A stretch of DNA of 64,000 nt from the human T2T-CHM13v2.0 reference genome, Homo sapiens. Under the pieces are notes generated by a model. The model was not told the origin of the DNA. It saw only the letters and a program-made list of their open reading frames with translations, and made no database searches. The stretch lies in assembly GCF_009914755.1 (NCBI RefSeq), contig NC_060947.1. The stretch is one strand, 5' to 3'. Positions 1-43,271 of the stretch are shown piece by piece. The number at the start of each line of letters is the position of its first letter. Position 1 is the first letter of the stretch. The translations under genes and the position numbers were made by a program.

Positions 1-99
1 TGACTTCTTACTTTGAAAATATCTCAAATTTACAGAAAGGTTGCAAGAAAAAGTATAATGAATTCCCATATATCCTCTACTCAGAATTACTTGTTTTAA

Positions 100-837
<738 letters not shown>

Positions 838-1496
838 TGACATGACCTTTTAAGTCTGGCAGCATGTACGTCTTAAGAACAAAGGTGTTCTCTTCCATAA
901 CCACAATATACTTATCAATATCAGGAAATTAAACAATTATATAGTACTTTTATTCTATATAAAGCCCATATTCAGATGTTATCACTCTTCTCAATAATGT
1001 CCTTTATAATGGTTTTCCCCAATCCAGGATCCAGTCCAAGATCATGTATTGCATTGAGCTCCTTGTCTCCTTTAATCTGAAACAGTTATTCTATCTTTGT
1101 CTTTTATGACCTTGTCATTTTTTTTTTTCCTGAACCTATGGATTATATTGAAAGCATGTTTTAAAGTTAGTTGTTTTATAGAATGTTTCTCAGTTTGGAT
1201 TTTTCTGATGCTTACTCATGAGTTTTTGGCAGAAATGTTATTTAAGTGATTTATGTATATTTTTAAAACCTTGTTAGATTTTATTAGCCATTGTATCATC
1301 TAGGATATCTACACCTGTATTTATCAGTGAGGTAGTCCAATATTTTTATTTTCAGTATTTATCTGGCATTGGAATCAAGGTAGCCTCATTACATGAATTG
1401 GGCAGCCTTTGTTATTCTCTCTTTATTGGAGAAACTTGTATAAGAATTATCTGTACCTCGAAAAACTTGGTAGGACTCACCTTTAAAAGCATCTGG

Positions 1497-3801
<2,305 letters not shown>

Positions 3802-4069
3802 CCACTAGATTCTACTATTAACGTTTTACCATACTTGCTTTATTACATATTTACTTCTAAGTTTCTCGTATTTTTTACACTCTATAGAGATTTATAATTT
3901 TTACAAAGCCAGATTTATTCATTTTCCTTTTATGACTGCTGGGATTTGTCTTGCTGAGGAAGGCCTTCCCCACTCTTAAGGTGATACATTTTTTTCTTAT
4001 GTTTTCTAATATTTGTTTTCTTTTTTTAAAAGTTCAACTTTTATTATAGATTAAAGGATACACATACAG

Positions 4070-6090
4070 TTTTTTTTTTTAACTCAGTGAAGATGTCTGC
4101 ACAGCAGGAATCATGTGGGATGGGATGGCCCTTTTTCCTAACGCTGGACCACTTGATGTTCTCTTCCATCTTCCCCCAACCCTCATTTAGATCATGACAT
4201 CAGAAAATCAGGTTAAAGTTAAGAAAAAGAAGAATCAGATCATTGGGGATTCTTAGTAGTAGCATCGCCATTGGGAGCTGCTAGCCCAGCGGGTATTCCC
4301 CATGCCACCCCTCTGGATCTTGGCTCCATGGGTACTGGGAGGAGGCCTTGTTGGCCAGGGAGGCCACGCTGTGCTGCTAGAAGCTGGGCGACATACTGGT
4401 GGTGCAGCAGAGTCTCGGGTGCGGCAGCTTGGAGGTACTACCCACATAGGCATTGGCCTTCCAGGGTGCATCCTGGCCCATCATGCTGCTGCAGCAGCTG
4501 TGGCTGGTGCTGCATGTCTGCTTGCCTGCTAGGCTGCTCGCCGGCTTGGCCAGGAGCTTGCTGTGCCTCAGTGGGGCCACATCCCCTGTGGCTGCTGTGG
4601 CTGTGCTCTGGTCTTGGAAAATGGTGGCGATGTGGTTCCAGAGGTCTGTGAAGAACCTGCTCACACCCTCGTAGGCTGGGAAGGCGTTGATGTCGATGAC
4701 GGCATGCTGCCCCATCTGGTTGTTGATGATGATGTCGGTGCCGAACAGCAATACTCCCAGTGCCTGCCGCAGGGCCCGGGGGAGTTCCCGGATGACCTCT
4801 TTGCTCGGCTGCTCTTGAACAGACCAGACCCCTTGATCTTGTCCAGCTCCATCAGGACCAATGATGACTCTGGCTTTGACACACTGTGGCTATTGAGGAA
4901 GATGGATTCGTGGTCACATTGTGTCCGCGGAGAATTTCTTGAGCAAGGGCCTCTGGACCACGGTGTAGGACTTGCTGACCACGAACACCTTGTACAGAAC
5001 GGTGTTGTGGTTGATGAAATTCTAGACCACACAGGGTGGCTGTATGCCATTCAGGCCCTCCTGATTGAATACAGTAGACATCTCGTGAGAGTTGGTGCCG
5101 TGAGCCACTCTAGTTTTGCACATGAACAGGAAAGCCAGGCTGTTCTTCTCCAGCAGCCACATGGTGTCATCCCCGCACAGGCTTGTGACCTCCATGAAGG
5201 GCAGCAAGCAGATCCTGCCGCCTTCCATGTAGATCTCAATCTTCCAGATGAGTTTGCAGGACTTGGAGCGGTCGAGCAGGGTTCTGACGGCAGGGAAGGA
5301 GTCCAGGACGATGGTTTCAGGGTGGGCATCGATGTAGTCCTGAAACCTGTGCACCAGCTCCAGGGACTGGCTGTCATTCTGGTCGGCTTCAAGGATGACA
5401 TCAGTCAACTTGTGAATGATGACGTCCAGGGGTCCCTGCTCCTCGATTGGCCGGCTGAGGTTCAGCTGCATGACTTTTTTTTTTTTTTTTTTGAGATCAG
5501 TCTCACTCAGTCGCCCAGGCTGAAGTGCAGTGGTGTGATCTCAGCTCGTTGCAACCTCTGCCCCCCAGGTTCAAGCGATTCTCCTCCCTCAGCCTCCCGA
5601 GTAGCTAGGATTACAGGCACTTGCCACTACGGCTAGTTTTTGTATTTTTAGTAGAGACAGAGTTTCACCATGTTGGCCAGGCTGGTCTTGAACTCTCGAC
5701 CTCAGGTGATCCACCCGCCTCGGCCTCCCAAAGTGCTGGGATTACAGGCGTGAGCCACCGCGCCCGGCCTCAGCTGCACCACTTCTATCCCTCACTTCCT
5801 GCACACCTCCGCTAAAGCCGGGAAATTGAGCTTCTTGATTTTCTTCTCATGCAGCCAGTAGCCAACTCTCTTCCCTTTCATAAAGGTCTATATCTTCCTC
5901 CTCGGGCAAGGAGCCTGGGTCCTGAGGAAATTGCCCATAGGCTGAGTCTGTTGGCCAGTGAGCGCTGGGAGCGTGCGGGCACCCCCTGGTGGCAGGGGTG
6001 TGGAAAGGGCTCGGGGTGCGGGGTTAGGGCCGCGTGGTGTCACGGTCTCCACAACCCCCCCACCCCTGGCCACCCAGCTGGAGCTCACGG
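4070..6090 (-). pseudogene. ITPK1P1: ITPK1 processed pseudogene (inositol-tetrakisphosphate 1-kinase), CDS-equivalent 5893-4332, interrupted by an Alu
   Basis: Minus-strand ORF fragments match ITPK1 ([23 protein letters not shown]; [14 protein letters not shown]; [10 protein letters not shown]); intronless; start mutated to ATA TAG; internal stops and frameshifts; A-tail 4070-4080; flanking repeat cacatacag. Confidence 0.93.
5475..5769 (-). mobile_element. AluS inserted in ITPK1P1
   Basis: TSD tcagctgca(tg/cc)actt at 5462 and 5770. Confidence 0.93.
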
Positions 6091-6108
6091 CCCACATACA
6101 GGTTGTTC

Positions 6109-6395
6109 TTTTTTTCATACGCAGTTTCACTCTGTCGCCCAGGCTGGAGTACAGTGGTGCGATCGGCTCACTGTAACCTCCGCCTCCCTGGTTCAAGCAA
6201 TTCTCGTGCCTCAGCCTGCCCAGTAGCTGGGACTGTAGGTGTGCACCACCATGCCCAGCTAATTTTGGTATTTTTTAGTAGAGACGAGGTTTCACCATGT
6301 TGCCCAGGCTGGTCTCAAACTCCTGACCTCAGTGATCTGCCCCCCTCGGCCTCCCAAAGTGCTAGGATTACAGGCATGGGCCACCGCATCTGGCC
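6109..6395 (-). mobile_element. Alu
   Basis: Alu consensus; TSD tacaggtt. Confidence 0.9.
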
Positions 6396-6821
6396 TGTAC
6401 AGGTTTTTTTACATGGGTAAATTGCGTGACACTGAAGCTTGAGGCCCCGTTGATCCCATCACCCAAGCAGTAAGCTTAGTTCCCGACAGATGGTCCTTCA
6501 GCCCATGCCCCCCTTCCCACCTTCCCGGTCTAGTGATCCCCAATGTCTGATATTCCAATATTTACATTCATGTACATTCAACATTTAACTCCCATTTATA
6601 AGTGAGAACATGCAGTACTTGGTTTTCTGTTTTCGTGGCAGGTGGCTTAGGATAACAGCCTCCAGCTCCATCTATATGGCTGTGAAGGACATGATTTTGT
6701 CTTTTTTATGGCTGCATAGTATTCCATGGTGTATATGTACCACATTTTTCTTTATCCTGTCCACTATTGATGGGCATTCAGGCTGATTCCATGTCCTTGC
6801 TATTGTGAATAGTGCTGCAGT

Positions 6822-7122
6822 GGCCAGGCGCCATGGCCCATGCCAGTAATCCCATCACTTTGAGAGGCCGAGGTGGGCAGATCACCTGAGGTAGGGAGTT
6901 CGAGACCAGCCTGACCAACATGGAGAAACGCCATCTCTACTAAAAATAAAAAATTAGCCAGGCGTGGTGGCACGTGCCTGTAATCACAGCTACTCGGGAG
7001 GCTGAGGCAGGAGAATCTCTTGAACCAGGAGGTGGAGGTTGCGGTGAGCCGAGATTGCACCATTGCACTCCAGCCTGGGCAACAAGAGCGAAACTCCGTC
7101 TCAAAAAAAAAAAAAAAAAAAA
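6822..7122 (+). mobile_element. AluS in L1
   Basis: Full-length Alu with A-tail. Confidence 0.92.
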
Positions 7123-7202
7123 GTGCCGCTTTGAACATGGGTGCATGTGATAGAATAAATTATTTTCCTTTGGGTATATACCCGGTAGCAGGATTACTGG
7201 GT

Positions 7203-8390
<1,188 letters not shown>

Positions 8391-8499
8391 TTTGGAGAGA
8401 GAGATTTCTTTAATATTTTTATGGTTTCTATTTGGGAATTTAAGTTTTCACCCATCCATAATTTATTTGGCGTAAGAAGTGAGGTAAACTTTGTTTTCT

Positions 8500-9000
<501 letters not shown>

Positions 9001-9208
9001 CCAGATAGTTATTGTAACTATTATTTATTGACTAATTTGTTTTCCCCTTGTTAGTTTGAAATATAACCTTTGGCTTATACTGAATTTCCAAGTGTGTTTT
9101 TGTATGCTGTAGATTCTATTCTATTTCACTGATCTGTCTATTCATGTTTTAATTAATTTACCTTTATAATGTTTTAATATTTGCTAGAGTTCCTCTCAAC
9201 TCATTAGT

Positions 9209-16274
<7,066 letters not shown>

Positions 16275-16874
16275 TCAGCTTTGAGATCATTATTTTACAG
16301 TTATTGCGGTAGGAGAAATTTTAATGAAAGAGCTGCTAGTGTCGGCAAGGTGACAGTGAAGCAGGGGCAGGGGACGTGGTGCAAGACAGGGAGGAGGAGC
16401 CTCACCCCCGGGGATCCTGCAAGCCGAATGAGACCTTGGTGAGCATTTTGGTATTTGATCCTGAGACTGAGGGGGAGCCACTAAAGGGAGTGAGATGGGT
16501 TTGAGTGGCTTTGCCTTAGAAAGCACTCACATTTGGGATTTGGGATGTAGAGACTGAACTGGGGAGGTCCAGGTAGAAGTGAGGAGAACAGCCAGGCCAC
16601 AACCAAGGTGCCCCATGAGGGAAGCCAGTGGCATGGACCAGAGAGTGACATAGGGATGGAGAGAGGCAGGTTGCACTTCAGAGATGTGGAGCAGGGATTT
16701 AGGAATCCCTGTATGGGGGCGGGCCTGAGGGCTTCCAAAGAATAGAGTAGGGGGAGGGAAAAATAGAAAGTTTACAGGGTGAGAAACCTGGCAGACACTG
16801 CCTTAACCAGATGACCATGGTTAACATCACCAGAGCTAAGTCATGGTGGTATCATGTACTTCTTTCTCTGATAG

Positions 16875-34295
<17,421 letters not shown>

Positions 34296-34487
34296 GCAGC
34301 TTCAAGAGCAACTTCTCCACATGTTGGGTGTCCATCCTGGGGCAGGGAAGGACAGAGTGTTGGATGGCTGGGACGGGGCCTTGCTCTTGTCGGCCAGCCC
34401 ACTCCCCAGCCAGAGAGGGCTTGACCAAATCAAATTGAGGTGGTGACTTTTGTTGGAAAATTGGGCTGGGATCACGTCCTGTTTTGT

Positions 34488-34493
34488 AATAAA
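34488..34493 (+). terminator. RBM10: RBM10 polyadenylation signal AATAAA
   Basis: AATAAA ~190 nt after the stop, followed by U/GU-rich sequence. Confidence 0.9.
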
Positions 34494-35415
34494 AGCTGAA
34501 AAGTCTGCATGTTGGCCTCTCCTCTTTCTCGTGCTCTAGCACAGTTGTATAGCCTATACAGACACGGGGACCCAAGCAGATGGACAGGGGACCTTATCAG
34601 GCCAAGGTGGATGGCAGTGGTGGCATTCAGTGTCTGGAACATAATGGCTACTAGAACATGGGGTTCTGACCTGTACCCCGACCCATAATATCCTGGTTAT
34701 GGCCCCTCTCCCTTGTTGGTTCCAGCAGGTTATGTTGTACCAGGAAATCTAGCACCACCAGGCATGAAGCGCCCCCTGATCAGAGCTAGGACTGGGAACC
34801 CCCATCCCCTGTCCTTGCTGCCCCCTGGCTTTACTTAGCCTGCAGTCCCAAGGCTAAACTGCATTTTGCCATCCCTAGATCTGGAGACAATGCCCTCAGG
34901 CATCTCCAAGTAGAATACAAGAGGTACTCAGGTTCCAGTTGGCCCAGAGCCCTCAACAGGCTGATGACAGAGGGGTGGAGGTGGAGCTTGGCCTGCAAAT
35001 CCAAGGCCAGGTCCCAGGGATGCCCTTTGAGAACCATTCAGGCCTACCTTCTCTGTTGTTACCACAGTGCCCCACCCCTCTAGTCACTGCAACCCATGAT
35101 TCCCAAGTATGTGCTTGTGCTCTCGGCAGAGGTTCTGGGTACAGTGGACCGTGACGCTGGGGCTGCCCTCTTCCAAGCCTCAGAGGGCCACAGCGTGAAA
35201 GGGGGATGGTGCTAGAAGACCAGTTGGTGCAAAGCCCCTCCCCCATTTATTAATATACATTGTGACACCACCCTGCAACAGTCATAGGAGGTGGGGTTAG
35301 AAGGGGACCCCTAGAGGTAGGATGGTGCTGATCTGGGGTGGTGGGTGTTGCCCAATGAAGGAAGGGGATGGGAGAAAAAAAGGGTGAAGGAAACAGGATT
35401 AAAAAGAGGCCTCCT

Positions 35416-37908
<2,493 letters not shown>

Positions 37909-38239
37909 TATGGTAACATGTAAACATAGAAAAGATAACAGTAAAATTTTTTCTGTGTTATAGGACCGTTGACCAAAATGTTATGCAGCACATGATTGTA
38001 TATCCATAATTTATATTACTGTATATAGTCACAGATATCTATTATAATACGGGTTTGTATGTGAAACTATAATTTTACTTATTGTTATGTTTATGGTCTG
38101 TGTATCTTGCTAGAATGTCAGCTCCATGAGCCCAAGGAAGAATTTCCAGCACCTGGCCCATGTCAAATGAACTTTTTTGGCCACCTGAGTCTCGGTCTCC
38201 CCATCTGTAGGATGGGTGTGCCTTTCCATGTGGAGGCAC

Positions 38240-39540
38240 CCACACGTTCCGTTTCCTCTTCCCACCCTACAGAGCACGGCTCCGGCAATTCCACAGCTCA
38301 GGCTTACATTTTCCCATATTCTGGACGCTGGTGCCCACCACGTGCACCAGGCACTGGCCAGACAGAACTACCACCCCCAGCATGCCGCGCGCATTTGGGC
38401 CGTACCACAACCTGTAGGGTCATCTGGGTCTGAAACGGGCACCAGCGACGCGGGAGCAGGGACTGACGCCCCTCTAGCAAAGCATCTGTGGTACATCCCA
38501 GACCCGGGGCTCTCCAAGGCCCCGCGCTTCCGAGCTCCGCGCAAACTCTGGCTTCTCTTGTACGACAGAGGTGGTTTGCTCTTCCGTTGCCCCGTGGCTT
38601 CAGCTCATCTTTGGCAGGAAGGCGAGGCTTCCGCCCGGCACAGGGGGTGAGCTGGAGCACCGTGCCCCCAAGCCTCTGGACAGCATTTGGAGGAGGGTGC
38701 TTCCCTAATCCCAACTTCGGGGAAACCCCTCATGGGCGTATTTGGAGCCTCCGGGCCCGGGGTGATATTTAGGGGGCGTCTGCTTTTGAGACCCTTAAGG
38801 GGTGCCGTTTGGGGACTTCGGGGTGGGATTTGGGAGTCTGTTTCGGGGAGCACCCCTCGGAGGCAGGGTTTGGGGGGCTTTGGGGAGATTCTTAGGGTCC
38901 GTGTATGGGCACCCTTGTCCGTGGAGCAGGATTTGGGTTATTCTTCAAGGGGAGAAGCAAAGCTTGAGGTTACTAAAGTCAAGGCGGGACTGGGGGAGGG
39001 CTTGTTTCAGGACGGGGTCCTGGTGACAGAACAATCGGGACCGACGTGGCATTGTGGAGGTGTCAGGCCTTTGTGACCTCTGGTTTTGTGATGAGGTCCT
39101 CCCCGCGCCTGGAGGCTCAGGACTGCGAGACTGGACACGTCGGGGGCCCAGATGTTTCTAGGGAGAGGAGCCTCCCAGCTCAGGCTAGGGAAGGGACACC
39201 GGAGCCCAGCTCTTCCTGAGCTGACGAGGCGCCACCCGGCCTTTATTCATTATTCATAATAAGGTGGGGCTGTGGTAGGCGGCAGTTTTTTTGCCTCTTT
39301 CGCACCTGGTCCGCTGAAGGTTCTCGGCTTGTGAATTATTCACGAGGGGCGGATCAGCGTGCCGAAGGGACGTGCTGAAGGGGCGTTCTGAAGTCTGCCG
39401 CGCAAACGAGTTCATTGATGATTCGCAAAAGTTAAGTAGCACCCTGAGTTTTCAGTGGCTTTTCTAGGGGTTCCGTGCTTAATTCATGAGGAGCGTGGCT
39501 TTTGCAGCTTTGTCTGCGTGATCCGCGGTTAGCTTTCCCT
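38240..39540 (+). promoter_or_regulatory. UBA1: UBA1 upstream CpG-rich promoter with alternative non-coding first exon (~38500-38646)
   Basis: CpG-dense; ZNF143/SBS-like AACTACCACCCCCAGCATGCC 38366-38386; several ETS CTTCCG motifs; donor CAGGGG|gtgagc at 38646; TSS approximate. Confidence 0.75.
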
Positions 39541-40276
39541 TGCAGGTACCAGAGTTAAAACCTGGCGTCTAGCAAAGGGATGAGGCCTCCTACATTGTTC
39601 ATTTCTTATGGCCTGGTAATCCCAGATAATCAGCCGGCTCTGGATTCAAATCCCATCGATCCTTTCCAGTTGTGTGATCTTTGGCAAATCGTTTTGTAAG
39701 CCTGAATAATGGGTATGAGGATAACGATAAGATTAGCTTACACTCGTTTAGCTACTTAGCGCATTTAATCTTCACGACAATCCTAGGAGGTAGGTCATTA
39801 TTACCCCCACTTTATAGATAAGGAAACTGGGACACAGGAAGGCTAAGTAATTTGCCTAAGGTCACACAATCAGTGAGTGGCTGGGCCGGGATTCAAATTG
39901 GGGTCTAGTTCCGCAATCTGTAGTCTTAACCAGATGCCATAATGTCTCCCCTCCCCATTCCCCTGCGCCGCCATTTGATAGTACTACTACTACTAATATA
40001 ACACTTAGCATGTGCCAGGCACTGGTCTAAGCCCTTTCTACTTATTTCTTCATTTAAACTCCATCGCAAGGTAAGTTGCTGTTATTCCTATTTTATGGAT
40101 GGGGAAGCAGTGGCCCAAGTTGGGGGTTTCTCTAGTGGCTGAGTATTCATAACTAATTTTATATTAATGTAAATATATATTTACATATCTTAACATATTA
40201 CTTTTATATTAATATATAATATTTTAAAAATTTAACAGTGCCTTGTGCCAGCAATGTTCTAAGGCTCATCCCATAA

Positions 40277-40568
<292 letters not shown>

Positions 40569-41439
40569 CATCTGATTTTCATAATAACACATTACTATCC
40601 TCATTTTACAGTTGTGGAAACTGAGGCACCTGCCAAAGACATGTAGTGAGTTTGGGTTTGATTGGACCAAGGCAGCCCTTGTTCCTGAGGCGGGGAGAAT
40701 GGAGGGAGGCGTGGAGAGGGGAGGTGGGGGCAGGGAGTACACGTCCCCTGGGTTTTCTGGTGGCACTGCAGTGACATCTTTCATTATTCATGAACAGGAA
40801 GGCGTGCTCACTTTGCCTTGGCTATAGCATCGTAATCCCTATTTGCTGGGCAGGGCAGTCTTGGGTGTTTCTTCGCCTTATGCATAATTCATAAATTGGG
40901 TGGAACCTTTCTTGACCTCTCTGAGTTTCCAGGTTGAGCTACTGCAGCAGCATAATTCATTATTCAGGACCTGGGAGAGTGTGTTTTCCCTGCAGCAGCC
41001 CCATTTCCCTGCTTACAGTGTATTAGATGCAGCAATAGGCGGGCGTGCCCCTTTTATTCCAACCCACTGGGCCTCATGCATTATTCATGAGTAAGTTGTG
41101 GCCTGGGTCTCCTTGGCTTCCGGGCCCCTGCAAGATCATCATTATTCATGAATGGGGGTGTGTGGCTTCCATGTTTTAACATCTGCTTTCTGGTTGCTGG
41201 TTGTTAGTCTACCAACCACTCAACTTCATGCATAACTTATAATCAGGAAGCATGGCCTTAACGGTTTTTCTTCGCTTCCTTGACAGCCTGGCTGCAACAA
41301 TTCATTCATTAGTCGCATTCCATGAGGCGTGGCCTCTGTTTTACCTGTTTTCGTTGTTACTGCCACAATGTCCACCAGGTGGTGCTGTTCCACTTCTAAC
41401 CGAATGAATCGCAACCGAGTAGGGAACTTTATGCATGAT

Positions 41440-41950
41440 TCATAAGTAGGCGCGGCCCGCTTGCATCCGGGTTTCTGGGGGTGGGGCCCAAGGTTTTGTT
41501 CCGGCCCCAGGCTCAGCGTCCGCCATCTTGTGTCGGCGGCTCGGCTGTAAGGAGGTGGCAGGGACAACCACAACCACAACGGCCGGGGGAGGAGAAGGCG
41601 GCAGCGGCGATTCTAGGCGGCCCAGGCGGCGGGGAGGAGGAGAAGGAGGAGGGTGGCGGCCGGGCTTGGCTTCGGCTCCTTGAGGAGTTGGCGGCGGCGC
41701 GACCCGGGGAACCGGCATTGGTAAAAAAACGTCCTTTCACTGCGCCTCGCCCTGGGCAGGGGTTTCGGGGAGGCACTGGAGGGCCCTGAGCCACGCTGCT
41801 GTCGGGGCGGGCCGCGGTGACTCGGGAGCCAGGAATCAGCGGAGTAGGGAGGGGGAGCGGATCCTGGGGCGGGGCCGACTTTCCCCGGCCAGGACCACTC
41901 CGGCTCCCTCTGGTTGCAAAATCTGACCTTGGAGTCGGACCCCCAGGATG
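41440..41950 (+). promoter_or_regulatory. UBA1: UBA1 main CpG-island promoter with non-coding exon 1 (~41500-41720)
   Basis: CpG island; YY1 consensus CCGCCATCTT 41520-41529; donor GGCATTG|gtaaaa at 41720; GC boxes and G-runs 41800-41880. Confidence 0.85.
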
Positions 41951-42769
41951 TGCTTTTAGAGACTCACGCCCAACATCTCTAGTCTGGGACCTGACTCCGT
42001 CCCGAACCTTGTATCTCAGATCAGAACTCTTCCCCAGTCTCCAATAGAGATTTACGTGGATCAGCATTGCTGATCAGAGCTCCTCACCATTGAATGCCGT
42101 TAAAGACCTGCCCCAGAATCTCCTTTGAGACACTTCCTAGCTTCTCAGTATTTGTCCTCAAGGCTTCCAGGACGGGCTAGATCTCGAAGGGGTCCATAGG
42201 CCCTTTATCTCTGTAAGAGAGTCCTCTTTAGCATTTTCCTTCAGACCCCCATCCCACACACATGCTAGCCGCGCTCAGAGCTTCCAGGGGTACTAGACCC
42301 TGTGAAAGGCCATTTGGGCCTGGCCTTTGTGTCGGGGGCCCCTCTTCGCCACACGTCAGGTCTCCTAACCCCACCCTGGCCCTAGCATCTTCCATCAGAG
42401 ACTCTGCCCAGTATTTCTACTCAGAGACCCCTCTTACCATCTGCCTTGAGAGACTCTTCAATTCCTAGACTCTGTCCTTTGACACTTTCTCTACTTTTAT
42501 GGAATTTCTCGCTTTTTATACTTCCAGTATTCAGAGACTACTGAGAGGCCTCAGCATCTTCCCCATCAGGCACCTTGAACCCCCAGAGCCTTCCAGTGCA
42601 CCAGATACCAGGGAGGAACTGTTTGGATACATAATCCTCCATCAAAGAGCCCCTGCGAGCATCTGCTCTTGCAGATCCCGTTGGCTTCTAGCCCCTTCCA
42701 TCAGAGACTCGCCTCCCCAACCCCACCCTAGACCCAGCCTCTGCCTTCAAAAACCAACCTGGGTTCTAG

Positions 42770-43271
<502 letters not shown>

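Noticed and set aside
4563-5636. 357-aa plus-strand ORF, the longest in the track
   Set aside because: Antisense shadow of the ITPK1 pseudogene coding sequence, running into an Alu; non-ATG start and no domain.
41513-42067. 184-aa minus-strand ORF over the UBA1 CpG island
   Set aside because: Pro/Arg/Ser/Gly-rich ORF expected from GC content; no splice or poly(A) support.
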